DNA from: Mizuhopecten yessoensis
Taxonomy: Eukaryota
Assembly (NCBI RefSeq): GCF_002113885.1
Contig: NW_018407840.1
Coordinates: 855,536 to 919,535 of the forward strand
Length of the DNA: 64,000 nt
Direction of reading: 5' to 3'
Shown: in pieces, positions 1 through 14,500 of the stretch
Numbering within the stretch: the stretch's first letter is position 1
Layout of the letters: every line of letters begins with the position of its first letter
Program-made: the position numbers and the translations under genes
The notes under the pieces: model-generated
The model's input: the letters and a program-made list of their open reading frames with translations, nothing else
What the model was told of the DNA's origin: nothing
The model's database searches: none

Positions 1-429
1 TGTAACTCATCTCATCTGTACATGTAACCAAATATTAATCATGACTGTAATAATAATTTATCGACAGTTACAATTGATCTAAACTTCCCAGAAACACCGA
101 CATACTCGGCTGAAAAATCGTCAGTCACGAAATTTTTCTTCTTCTTTTCGAGCACTTATAACCTACTTCGTGTGTTCTGATTCTGAATTTGTGAAAGGTA
201 CTTATCAGACTATTCTTTATTAAAAGCGGATCATAGATTTGCATCAAAATATGTTATATAATTATTTATTATTTATTTAAATGTAAGAAATGTGTCTGAA
301 AACAAAATAAAATTTGATTTGATATACATCGAAAAGGTTTACAATACATATATTGATAAAAAAAAATCCCGGGTCGTAATCCACTTCCTGCATATTAAGA
401 GGACCATGACGATGGAGAGAGGCTGGCCT

Positions 430-620
430 CATCATGGGTGGTCGGTTGGCGCAATGAATAACGCACTCGCCTTTCCACCAGAGGGCAGGGTCGGGGTCCG
501 TGAAAAAGTATGGGGTCACCTGCCCGTCACGTGAGTTTTCTCCTGGTACTCCAGTTTCCACCCACATTAAGACACCCCCCTCGGGATAAGATTCTGGCCA
601 ACAAGAGTGATTAATATAAG
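430..620 (+). mobile_element. tRNA-derived SINE with V-domain-like core
   Basis: A-box-like GGTTGGCGCAATGAATAAC head, then GTTTTCTCCTGGTACTCCAGTTTCCACCCACA. A head fragment of the same family is at ~48100-48170. Confidence 0.6.
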
Positions 621-2590
621 TAATAATAAATTGTTTCATAATTATTGATATAGAAGTAAAGTCGATATTTTGTATATCAGGGGATGTGTCCATAATACAA
701 ACACACTCAAACTCGGTGCATCGACATGATGAACGAAGATCGTTCTCATCAAGAGAAAACTTCAATTTTCTTAACAGCTGCATCCGCCTCTTAGTCTTAT
801 GGACGTCACTTGCCTCATAAAACAAGCTTTTTAAACACAAACACTATAGATTGAAGCATGCACGCGCCAAGGGTATTAAAAGCAACATGAACACCCAACA
901 CATTTCTGCATCTTACTGGGGAACTTACTGAGTTTGTGTTTGCGTGAAAAGAAAATAACAAATTCATGCATCTACAAATGTATATCACTGCGTTCCTACC
1001 CAAAACGTTATCGTGACCTTATACGATCGCATGTTGCTCTGCTGACAGATCGGGCGAGGCAGTTATCTCAGTTACAGCTAATCAGTGATCATCGGGTGAG
1101 GAGTCAGGGGTCACACATAGATATGTAGATATTATATACATGTACATAACCACAATGACATTTTAAAACCGTACAACGTTACTGGCGTGTGGTTACTGTA
1201 CAGGTTGGGGTACTCTGTAAGGTAATTTACTTTTACTTTTCATTTTACGCAAAATGGGCTTCTATAATGCCTACACTTCAATTTAACATGTAATTTTTGT
1301 TGTTCACTTAAAGTAATAATGCCTTTTTGTCAAATAACAGAGATTTAATTTATATATAATATTGGTCGTAGGATATACTAAAGGTTCAATTGATAATTGA
1401 TATCAATGGCTCTTGTAGAAATTTCATGGTACCAGAAAAATAAATAGAACGCTATTTACCTATCTAGTAGTGAATTACTGTCGAAAACGATCGAAAACCT
1501 AACTTTGAAAAAAGGCGCCAAAAAAGTAATACTGAGCATGGATGCCAGTAATCGAGCGGGCATTTATAGCGAACGAGCCAGAGATCTTGTATTACTATCA
1601 ATCTAAATGTATTACTATATTTGTAAAGGTCATGACATATAGCTTTTATTTGTCAAAATCCTTGTCTGAAAAGTGTTGATATAAACACGGAATTAGACTA
1701 CTTGCTAAGCCCGTGATATAAATAACCGTTCATTAGCATATTTATAATTATTCGAAATTTAAGTGTTTGAAAAAAACCCACCTTCAGTGATCAATCTCTG
1801 GACATTTATCATTAATATCCTATACTTTTCAGCATTGCTATCCATGAATTGTAAACTAGAAAGAGAGGAATTCATTGATAGGGGAAGTAAGCCTAAGACA
1901 CAGTATTTTGTTTCGTTACTTCATATTCTGTATAGTATTTATGTAAGCATATTCCTAGACGAATAAAACATTAAAGAAGAGCTCTTCTTCGAATTTTAAT
2001 TAAATTCAAGGAGTCTGTTGTGAAAACATTTATATGCTATAGACATAACTGACTAAATTGGAAAATATACATACATGTACTAACGACTTGATTGTTAGTT
2101 ACTGTTTCAATGTATAAGACACGTTTAATGATAAAATAATATACTAATATAATTATAATCCGATAAATAGTTTTAAATGTCCATGTGACGTTAAAAATAT
2201 AAGTAAAACAAAACACGAAGACTAGTATAATCGGCTAGCGCTTTCGCTCTTGGGGCTCTTCAGGCGATTTTACTCATTGTACATTTTACTCATTACTTAC
2301 TTCCCCTGTCAATTATTTTTCTCATTTTACTCATACTACATTGTGTATAGTAACAATGATAAGTCCTTTCAAATGCAGATAAAACACATGCGTCAGTGAC
2401 ATGTAACATTCTGTCAATATTTTTCCTTTTTGTAAAATATTTCCTTGCTGTGTATTGCATATTTCGGATAAAGTACTACGTTAAAATAAAAATATTAGTA
2501 TTTCATCACTCGGAATATTTCTAGAGTTTCCATCCGCACTATGTGTTTTGTTACTGGAAATGTTTTGCATGTTGACAGATGACTGACAGG

Positions 2591-5500
2591 ATGGGAGGAG
2601 GAAAAGTTGCCCTTATCACTGGAGCTAACGCGTGAGTGTGAATGTTAATATCACGATTGATTTCCAATTAAACACCTGAAGGTTTTCATTTCGGTGTTGA
2701 AAAACGTTGTCATGTCAACACTACTGTACACTGATAACGGTGATAACATGACTGTTTTTACTCGGTTGAAACAACCCAACTAGCATAGCTAATGACGTGA
2801 TACGCGAAATCACTTGTGTTAGAGTGTCATTAATTTGAAGTATCATATTGATATTGATGATATAACGAAACATCTGTTTTTTTAAAACACATGTGCTGGA
2901 TATACACAATCTGAATAAATACAGCTGTTCATTATCACGTACCGCATGAATAGCTTTTTTTTTTTTTTTATTAACATCTGATTTTAATGAGATTGGGATA
3001 TACACATCATATTATAAATTAGAACCTTCCTCAGAATTAAGGATATTTCATAGTAAATCACATCTTGCGATGCATTATTAGAAATATAAATGGTTTTTGT
3101 TGATCATCATTTAATGATTGTTTTCAATTTGAGAAAAACAAAACCACAAGGGTCTGTCATCTGCCATTATAAATGTGTGGCTGGTTTTAATTGCACATAG
3201 GATTACGGTCGCCTTCGAGCTTGAGAGAATTTCCCTTTAGCTTAGTGGTAGAGCGTCCGACTAGGAACCTGGAGATCGAGGGTTAGAACAAATTGTTCTC
3301 TTTCCTGTTACAAATGCATAGTATCAAAATGAGAGATGTTTGTCACAAGGTAAAGGGAAGTAACTCGAAGCCAAATATTCTCTTTTTTGGTGCATATTAT
3401 GTGTTGACATTGCTCTTTACTAGGTATTTCCATTGCAATGTAATTTGTATCCAAGTGAAAAGCAGAACAAATCTATTCTTTTTTGTGTTCTTACTACTTT
3501 GAAACAGGAACAAGAAATTTGGCTTGAGCACAAAATCCATGCTTGAGCATAAGAACAGTTTCATGGATAACGTCCGACCAGGATTATATTCCTATATAGA
3601 CTCGGGAACTCCACTATGATCCTATAACTAAAATGTAAACAGCATCTTTTTGGATTTAGTTTATAGGTGTATGTTTAGACCTTTGTATGCCTGTTGTGAA
3701 GGGAGTATTTAAATATTTTATATTTAGGGCTTAAGCTAGATCAATACCAAATACAGTCGATGCCACTCGGCCCAAGGATGTTAAAGGGAATGATCTAAAC
3801 CACTAATATATATAATGTCTTTTAAAATGTCCCTAATATACAGAGTTCCACACCAACACTGTAGTCTTTTAGTTCAAGATTAGTAGATTTCAGCAAGGAC
3901 TAATGAATTAACTGTCATAACAGGGCCTTGGACATGTAAAACAAGATTTATATATGTATGTATCACAATAACAGTTGAGAGATAGATTATAAAATGAAGA
4001 TATTCCTTTTGAAAAATGGCTTCAATTACAAACATATTGCATGATTACTAATATTTATTGTAAAAAAAATCTGGAAATTTACCATAAGCAAAAAAACGAA
4101 CTGTTTTCGGTTTCCCTACGGACCCTAGATTGTTGTGCCTACCCTAAAGTTTTTATTGGCATTTAGTGACAGCACTGTTGAAGTCAGAACTCCTGCTCTT
4201 ATGATATAAGCATAAAAAAAATATTAACAACAAAAAAATTGCTTACCTACCGACTCTAATTTATTCCAAGCAGAAACAGGAAATACATTTTTTTTTTTTT
4301 CCATATCCTTATTGCTTCAGTTTTTTTTATGTCCCCTTCGTCAATTACTTTCTATGTTTCCTGCTTGGTATGTCTCCTTTATGAAATCTCGGACTAGTTA
4401 CATTGACGTAGGACTAGCAAATTACCAAAAATATCTGGGTATATTGAATCATGCGTAAGTGATATCATATCCCTGTGGACTGTTACTATTAATGTAAGCT
4501 ATGTTTTTCTCCTCTTTTTCTTTTCTCCAGGGGTATTGGCCTGACTCTTGCGGAGAGACTCCTAACTATACACAAAGACCTTCACCTTTGTTTGGCATGT
4601 CGAAACAGACAGAGGGCGGAGACTGCTCGAAAAGTCCTGCTTCTCTCTCATCCCAGATCCCAGATCTCCATAGTAACGTTAGATACCAGCAATATTCAGT
4701 CAGTCCTTTCAGCCATCAGTGATATCAAGAAACAGTGAGTTTTTTATTGGTGTCTTGATGATTAAGTCACAATAAACAGCCTATAGGTCAGTTCTTATGA
4801 TGTGTTGCAAATTTTCATAAATATATTATTGTTAACCGATTTTCTAACAATTTATGTTTTTAACTTTAATTTCCATAATCTTTAACATTCGCTGATTGAA
4901 AAATGTTACTGGAGTAATATAGCATAACATATCTACTACAAACACATGTAAATACTCCTCAATGTTTCCATCTTGAATACAATGGAGGGAGTAGGGTTAT
5001 TTTAGAGAAGGGTTCTAGATATTTGCTGGGATGTGATTTGCAGAAAAGGATGCCATATCCTCCAACATACCTTTTAAAGATTGCAAATCACTGGTATGGA
5101 CTTCAAACCCTGTAAACTTGGCCTTCTGTGCATGAGAGAGTTACACCAATTTAAATATTAAACTCATCTATGAGGAGGTTAAAGTTGGATAAATTGCATT
5201 CGGGATAGATTGGTTAAAACAACATTATAGTTGTCTCCCCTTTCCAGAAATAAGTTGATTCATGACCATGTACGGTATCATGCAAACTCTATTTAAAACT
5301 TGCCTGTATTGAATTTGAGTTTCTTATATATGCCCTGATGTTCATAAATGTTTTATAGTATTCTGTAAAATATGCAGGTTGTATCTCTAATTCTTTTACC
5401 TAAATAATAAGTTTTGTTTCTTTAGATTTTCAAGGATAGACTATCTGTACCTCAATGCTGGAAAGATGAGTGTGAAGAATTTAAACTTTTCTAACCTGTT

Positions 5501-8500
5501 TAAATCCATTCTGAAAATGTAAGTTGTCATTAGTGCCTTGTAAACTGTTTGATTTTGTGCAATAACTTTTTCACCAAAAAATACTAATTCATGATGTAGT
5601 AAATGTATACTGGATAATATTACTTGATTACCAATCTGTCCAGTTTTGTTTTAAATTTACGGATTTACCTTACATAGTTTATATATAAAACTGCTGTAGA
5701 AATATTTGAATAGTACTTAACTCATTCATCCCTGAAATTTCAAAATGAACTATTCCAACCTTTGAATTTGAAGAGTTCAAACAGGTCTTCAGGGGAGGAT
5801 GAGTTAATGAAGTAATGATACTACATTTACAAAATGTCAATAGATAATTTTGTTTGCCTACCAAATACACCAGTTCCAAAGACTGTTTTCAGATGGTAAT
5901 GTTGATAAATTTGAATATTCATGTACCTGTATGCATGCTATTGGAGTTTAAAATAACATAATAGATGTTAATAAGACGGATATGTTTATTTGATGAATCT
6001 TATAATTTCAAAATTTTGTGATGTGCATCTGCTGTTCATATATGATATCATAAGTTAAAATTCAAGAACACCTTGCTTTTTATAACACGGAATAACTTTA
6101 TCTGATTTTTAGGAACACCTTGTTTTTTATAACACGGGATAACTTTATCTGATTTTCAGGAACACCTTGTTTTTTATAACACGGGATAACTTTATCTGAT
6201 TTTCAGGAACACCTTGTTTTTGTTTAACACCGGACATGGGTTGCTAGTTCACTCAGATGAACAAACTCCAGAGGGCCTTATGAGCACATTTGCTACAAAC
6301 ACTTTTGGACATTTTGTTCTGGTAAGCTACACATTCATAAATTGTTAATCCAAATAGTGTGTAAGTCCACTACCTACTCTATAAGTTACTTTTTGATCCA
6401 GTTATTTGTTTCGTAGTTACGCCCCATTTATGAAATCATTAGCAAAATTTTATCTGCATAATTCTTCCTACAATTTTCATCTGAACTTTGCGAAACTCCC
6501 CCGATATATTCACCATACTGTGAATTTGTGAGATTGCATTTGGTTTTGGAACATACTACTAAAAACTGGAATACATGCCTTTGGAGTAAAATAATAAAAA
6601 AAATCTCAAAAACAGCATCATAAGTAGCAAGAATTTTGGAAATTCAAAATAGAAATATAACCTTTGTTAATATTTCAGCTACTGTTTACAGGGAGAATTT
6701 TGCCCAGTCAAACTATCGCCCTTCGCCCATGAGATCAATTTTTACCCTGTTTTTAGCCCACCATCATCTGATGGTGGGCTATTCAAATCACCCTGCGTCC
6801 GTGGTCCGTCCGTAAACAATTCTTGTTATCTGTATTTCTCAAGAAGTACCAGAGGGATCTTTCTCAAATTTTATATGCAGGTTCCCCTTGGTCCTTAGCT
6901 GTGCAGGGCAACTTTTGAGACTGATCGGATACACAACATGGCCGACAGGCAGCCATCTTGGATTTTGATAGTGAAAGTTTGTTATCGCTATTTCTCGAGA
7001 AGTACTAGAGGGATCTTTCTCAAATTTTATATGTAGGTTCCACTTGGTCCTTAGCTGTGCAAGGTAACTTTTGAGACTGATCAGATAAACAACATAACCG
7101 ACAGGCAGCCATCTTGGATTTATATTTTGAAAGTTTGTTATCGCTATTTCTCAAGAAGTACGGGAGGGATCTTTCTCAAATTTTAAATGTAGGTTCCCCT
7201 TGGGCCTGAGCTGTGCAGGGCAACTTTTGAGACTGATCGGATACACAACATGGCCGACAGGCAGCCATCTTGGATTTTGATAGTGAAAGTTTGTTATCGC
7301 TATTTCTAGGGAAGTATTAGAGGGATCTTTCTCAAATTTTATATGTAGGTTCCCCTTAGTCCTTAGCTGTGCAGGGAAAGTTTTGAGACTGATCGAATAA
7401 ACAACATGGCCGACAGGCAGCCATCTTGGATTTTGATCGTGAAAGTTTGTTATCGCTATTTCTCAAGAAGTACCAGAGGGATCTTTCTCAAATTTTATGT
7501 GTATATTCCCCTTGGTCCTGAGCTTTACAGTGCAACTTTTGAGACTGATCGGATAAACAACATGGCCGACAGGCAGTCATCTTGGATTTTGATAGTGTGG
7601 GTTTGTTACTGCTATTTCTCCGGTAGAACTAGAGGGATCTTTCTCAAATTTTGTATGTAGGTTCCACTTGTTCCTTTACTGTGCATGGAAACTTTTGAGA
7701 CTGATCGGATAAACAACATGGCCAACAGGCAGCCATCTTGGATTTTGATCGTGAAAGTTTGTTATCGCTATTTCTCAAGAAGTACCAGAGGGATCTTTCT
7801 CAAATTTTATATGTAGGTTCCCCTGGGGCCTAAGCTGTGCAGGGCAATTTTAGAGACTGATCGGATAAACAACATGGCCAACAGGCAGCCATCTTGGATT
7901 TTGATATTGAAAGTTTGTTATCGCTATTTCTCAAGAAGTACCAGAGGGATCTTTCTCAAATTCTATATGTAGGTTCCCCTTGGTCCTAGCTGTGCATGGC
8001 AATTTTAGAGACTGATCGGATAAACAACATGGCCGACAGGCAGCCATCTTTGATTTTGATAGTGAAAGTTTGTTATCGCTATTTACCGGGAAGTCAGGAG
8101 GGATCTTTCTCAAATTTTAAATGTAGGTTCCCCTTGATCCCTCGTTGTGTATGTTATATTTTGAGACTGATCATAAAAACAAAATGGATTAAAAGAAGAA
8201 CTAAACAGATCTTTCTCATATTGCAATGATCGATTCTATTTCTTTCACATTAAGTACTGTACTAGTCAATATGTGAAATGACAAACTCACTTTGAAGGTT
8301 GGCTTTCATACACATCAGTATTAAGTTTAGATCAAAAGTTACCTCAAGGTACATTTACTGTTAACATGACTCGATCAAACAGATTAGAGGAAAGAAGAGA
8401 AAAGGTCAAACTAACAAAGAACTAATGAAGATGGTACAAAGGTGGGCGCCAAGATCCCTCTGGGATCTCTTGTTATTTCTGTCTTCACTATTCATTACTA

Positions 8501-11500
8501 TGGATATTATAGTGTTTACTTATACATGTATTAGCTGTAATGATAAATTTGCCCTCATTACGTATACGGAGGGTGAAAAAGATGAAAAGTTAACTGCAGC
8601 AAAAATTTCCCAGTATAGAGTATTACGATAGAAGTTATCACCTAATGAGGGTATGATTTGTTGTCTAAGTGTAGTCAGGTTTTATCAGGTAAAAGAACTG
8701 GAAGACATCCTCGGAGGTACACAGTCTTCACAGATCATCTGGACATCGTCTGTGGCTGGTGTTCGTTCAGCCTTTAACCCCCGCGACATACAGGCCAGAA
8801 ATGGGTAAGTACAGGACTCAAACAGCATTAGTGGCCGTGAGTGGTATCAATTCAGACTGTGATTATTCCCACAAGTTCACAAATCATAAACTTGGACCCA
8901 GTTTAAAAAATGTCATCAAATTTCAGACTAAGCTTCTTATCTATATTATTACTTGAAGATAAACATTTTAACTTTGTACAAAAATATTCAACAAAACCAA
9001 CAACATCATTAGAAAAATCCCTTTAGGATATAAGATACATACAGTAGTGTACATGTACACTGTACAGGTGTTTTTATTCCTGGATCCGTATTCATGAAAC
9101 CGTTCTCATGCTCAAGCATGGAATCTGTGCTCAAACCAACTTTCTGGTAGCTCGCTTAGATCATGTGAAACGATCAAAAAGTCAAAGGTAAACATTGAAA
9201 ACAGTATTTGGCTATAAGTCTCTTCAAAACGTTTCCAAATCATTGACAAAATAAGATTTATTTATTGAGTTATAACCAGAACAAGAAATTAGGCTTGAGC
9301 TCAAAATCCATGCTTGAGCATGAAAATTGGTTCATAAATACGGGCCCAGGTCAGTAATTTTCCGTGGATTTGCTAAAATGGTCAGTTTCATGGGATTTAT
9401 TTTTTGCAGTTGTGTGCAAGGATTAATATGCTATTAATTTTGTGGGTTGTTTCTTTTTGAGTATTTTTTTTTGAAAATCAAAGAAAATTACCAAGTAATT
9501 CATCATATATGCTTTATGTGACCCCTATCTCCTTTTCAAATAAGCGCCACACTGAAAATCTATCAGATATCTTTTATGAATGCTGCTGTTATTTATTTGT
9601 TAGTTGATTAAGGACACATTATAAATTACAACAGAATACAAGTACGATAACACTAATTAGGCAAGGTTATGTGCATTAAAATGTTTCTAGAAGGGAATTT
9701 TTGAACCCTTAACCATGTGGTCAAGTAGTTCAGGCGTCTGACCATCTACGATCACTAGCCCTCCACCATATGGTCTCGAAACACAAACAAACCAAACCAA
9801 CTCTGAATTGCAGGTATAATGTGAACCTGGCCCATATTACCAGGTAATATCCCTGATATACAGTACTGTACCAATACTATATTTTGTATTTCAGTAAGGA
9901 TCCCTACGGATCTACTAAATGTGTGATTGATACTACAAGTTTGGTGCTGAATGAAAAATTGAAAAGAAAGGTAAAGTTACTCTAAAATTATCTGTTTGTC
10001 ACTTAATTTGAATTTTTTTTTTCTGAACTGATAAACATACTCCATAAAGTTATCATTGTTTTTAGGAAGGAGGTTATGAGAAAATAATAAATTTTCAAGG
10101 ATTTTATGACATAAGCTAGCAAAGTGAGGGTACAAATGTATTACATTTGTCCAGTGGAATTATTTCTTGACCAAATCAGATTTTGTTTGCCTTTGCGATA
10201 CCTTGGACAAATTTGAATGTAGATGTGATCAGTCTAAAGTCATGGTCACTGTTGCTAAAGATAGACATCTTTAATGTCAAGGTCACTGTCATGTTCAAGA
10301 TAAACGTTTCTAAAGTCAAGTTCACTGTTGTTCAAGATAGACACTTCTAATGTCAAGGTCATTGTTGCTCAAGATAGACATTTTTAAAGTCAAGGTCACT
10401 GTTGCGTAGATAGAATTTCACAATCATGCTCTTTTACATTTCAACAGTGTTGTTTCTTTGGTAATTTTACAGTGTTTCGTTCTTTGGAAAATAAATCATT
10501 TTTGTTGAATTTGGGATGATATTGATAAAGTTTTTATTTTGTTTTGTAGAATATCTACTCCCACACAACATGTCCCGGACTAGTCCTGACCAATATGACC
10601 AATGGTATCTTAGCATCGTGGATCTGGTGGCTCATTCTCCCCTTCCTGTATATTGTGAGTTTGTAACTCTGAATAACTGAGATCTGAAATATGTAATCCA
10701 GCCACTTGTTTCCTTATCCTATATATTTTTAGGGTTAAGTAACTCATAACTACACTGCTAAGCAAGTTGATATATACAACAGATTTACGAGCAAGCTGAC
10801 CACTTGTCCACTTGGTCAGTCTCACAGGCTTTTCCTGACACACTGACCACAGGGGTGACAGGTTACTAAGTATACTGTAAACTGTCTAGAGTAGCAGTGT
10901 TCTACTTTTCCCTTTTTTTAGCTCACCTGGCACGAAGTGCCAAGTGAGCTTATGCCGTGGCGCGGCGTCCGTCGTCCTCGTCCGTCAACTTTTCCTTTAA
11001 ACAACTTCTTCTGAAGAACGGACAGGCCTAGAGTCATGATATTTGGCTGAAAGCTTCGTTGATAGGAGCCCTACAAAGTTTGAGAACGAAAATGACCTTG
11101 ACCTGTTTTCAAGGTCACAGGGGTCAAATATGTCAAAAACTTCAAACGACTTCTTCTGAAGAACTAAAAGGTATAGAATCTTCATATTTGGCTGATGGCT
11201 TCCTGGGATGGAGCCCAACAAAGTTTGAGAATGAAAATTACCTTGACCTACTTTCAAGGTTATATGAGGCAGATATGTCAAACACTTCAAACAACTTCTT
11301 CTGAAGAACTGAAAGGTATAGAATCTTTATATTTGGCTGGTGGCTTCCTGGGATAGAGCCCAACAAAGTTTGAGAATGAAAATTAGTTTGACCTACTTTC
11401 AAGGTCACAGGGGTCANNNNNNNNNNNNNNNNNAATGAAAATGACCTCAACCTACTTTAGAGGTCACAGAGGTCAACAACATTTTAATGGATTTGTTCTT

Positions 11501-14500
11501 GAGAACTAAAAGGAATGGATTCATAAGATTTGGCTGGTAGCTTTTTGGAATAGAGCTAACCAATTTGAGAAGGAAAATGACATTGACCTACTTACAAGAT
11601 CACAGGGAAAAATATGTCAAGCAACTTCTGAAGAAGAATAAAAAAGCATAGAATCTTATAATAATATTTTGCTGGTAGTTTCAACAGATGGAGCCAACAA
11701 AGTTTGCAAGGGAAATATTTATAGTGCAATATAATATTTAATGAGAATATTTTGCTATGACTGCTTAAATATTCAGGTGAGCGATACAGGCCCTCTTGGG
11801 CCTCTTGTTACTTCCTGCTAAATGACTCGACTATAAAACTCATTTATAATGAAGGGACCAATGGTCGTTGTGTCATGCAGTTTTCAACTAGTTACCATAG
11901 CACATATAATTGATAACACAAATATTTTTATAACAGTATTGGACACTGTTCAAAATTTTAAAAAACAGTGGTTTGAAATATAGTTAAAATATTTTGAATT
12001 GAAATGAAATCTCAACACTTGTAAAACATTTAATGTTATTGTGTTCTTCTGTGTTTTTTCACGGAACTCGCTTGGATAAAGAATGAAGTTAATATTTTAA
12101 AATTAGGTCATAGATCAAACCTGAATAGTGACTTGTTTTATTGTTTATTACAACAGTTCCGGTTGGTGCTGGACCATCTAAGTATCGATACCTATCGAGG
12201 AAGTGAATCTCTGGTATGTATCAATTTTCCCTAACAGATCTATAGTCTATCAGTTCTGAGCAGCTATATAGGTACAATGTTAACCCTACTATTTTTGCCC
12301 CACTAAATCCTGTCCTCATATGACCTTGGCTGTTCCGAGAATGTTAAATATCAAACAAAGCACCACTAAATTTTCACATTGCCTCTTACAAAATGTACCT
12401 GGCATACACTCTTTTTTTTATTTGGCTCTCCCTTTTGAAATTTTATTTGGCATATTGGAATATAAAATCATCCATTTGTTGAATTGCTCTCTTAATGAAG
12501 GACAAAAATTAACTAATATTTTTAATCATATTTTATCTGAAAGTGTTTTTGTAATTTTTGTCTAATAGAGCATACATTTTGTCTAAAATTCATTTGTCGT
12601 TTTGTCTAATAGAGCATACATTTTGTCTAATAGAGCATACATTTTGTCTACATACATTTTGTCTAATAGAGCATACATTTTGTCTAATGGAGCATACGTT
12701 TTGTTTAAAATTCATTTGTCGTTTTGTCTAAGTGCACATACATTTTGTTTAAAACTAAACTTGTGTCTTTTGTTTGAAAGCTGATTTGAACCTTTCTCTA
12801 AAGAGTACATCTGTTTAGGGAGAATCATTTTTTCCGTAATGTAACCTTGGAAGTTCACAATTTTTTCGGAATTGTATTAGAAGATTCATAACAAATTCTT
12901 TGACAATGATGCTTGGTTATAATTACAGGTATGGCTGTCACAACAGGAGCCAGATTGTCTGAAGACAGGTGTTAGGTACCACAGTTCCACTGATGTTTGG
13001 GGGAGCACCACTGTTCTACCTGTACAGGTATACACAGATTTCTCTGACTAAAGTCTTTTATAGGAAAATCTCTCATTTGGGTAATCAATATATCAAGTTG
13101 AAATACCTAGAAATAAACTGTAATGGGACCATCACACAGATACATAGATAAAATTGAGTGTTCAAGATATATTTTTTTTTATGAAAAATACAGAAAAATG
13201 ATGCATATATACATTGTACTGAAATGTAAACAGCTTTATTTACATTTGCATGGCATTGTCACTATATAGCCTCTTTTAAAGCTGTGTCGTTGATGGGACT
13301 TTAATTACCATGCCGCACGAGACATACTTACCATGCCGCACGAGACACAATTCTTAGCGTATTAATTACAACACTGACCGGAACTACAATATCCAACGTA
13401 AATAAACATGACGGCTGCTGAAATATCGCTGGGCATTGTGAGATTTGATAATGTCATTTTAAATTTATGTGCAAAATAAAAAACAAAATAAAAAACACTT
13501 TTATTATAACGAAAACAAGACCAAGGTCTGCAATATCGTACAAAATGCACATCGGTTGAAATCACCAATGCCGGCAATGGAAACAATTTTAACGCTCATG
13601 CAATTTATCAGAAATATCGTCTGTTACACTGCACTGATCAACAGCGGTTCGTTATAAATGTCTGAAATACACATATTCTATAGACCTACTGACACATATG
13701 TTACAGACCTACTGATATGAGTCACAGCACACATAAACATTCGTCATTTCAGACATTTGTAACGAATCTGTGCTCCGTTGCAAGATCACTCACTTCAAAC
13801 GCTATCAGTTTCACATTCTCGGATCCACGGTTCCTTAGTTTCAGAAGACATGTCAAATATCGATGCTGTTATAGAATCTACCGACTGTTGTCGGGTTCCA
13901 ATACAATCAACAAATACATTCACGCCTGGATTCTTCACAAAATGAGCAAAGAGAAAAGTTCGAATTAACTTCCAAAAATAACTCCCTTGTGGAGGTCAAG
14001 GTCCCTCCTATTCACGGTGTTCACTGTATTTATCCATGCGCGAAATTTGTTCCGGGGGAAAATCGAAACAATTTCAAATCTAACTTTCAGCTCAGATTTC
14101 TATTGAAGAACTGGAATCACCATATAGACATATCATACGCAATTGTATTGATACTAAATTGTGGAATTAATTTGAAGTGTTTGTTAAACTGTCAAAGTAC
14201 TACTTTGTTTGCCAATCAGCACGCGACAATACGCTGTTCAAACTATTGAATGAAATTGTTTGGACTGTCGATAAGGCGGGCATTTTTAATTTTAATTATA
14301 AATTATAAGTTAAAAACGAAGATAAGAGGCAGAGAAAACGTAAATATAGCGCATTATGTTGTTTGCCTGCAAAGCTGTGTCATTCAAATAGATCATAAAT
14401 ACCATACAAAAACAGTTCAATGCTTAAGTGTACTTGTTAGTGATTCAAATTAATGAATTAATTCACAACATTCAAGACTGAAAATACAGTAAAACATTTT

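Noticed and set aside
277-840. 187-aa minus-strand ORF
   Set aside because: Non-ATG start, no recognisable domain, and the middle third is an antisense SINE. A short real exon at 640-840 cannot be excluded but is unsupported.
3236-3290. tRNA gene (also 40875-40935 and 59290-59360)
   Set aside because: Acceptor and T stems do not close and the B box is degenerate; these are dispersed repeat copies.
7406-8229. ORFs MADRQPSWILIVKVCY...
   Set aside because: Translations of the 156-bp HINE tandem unit.
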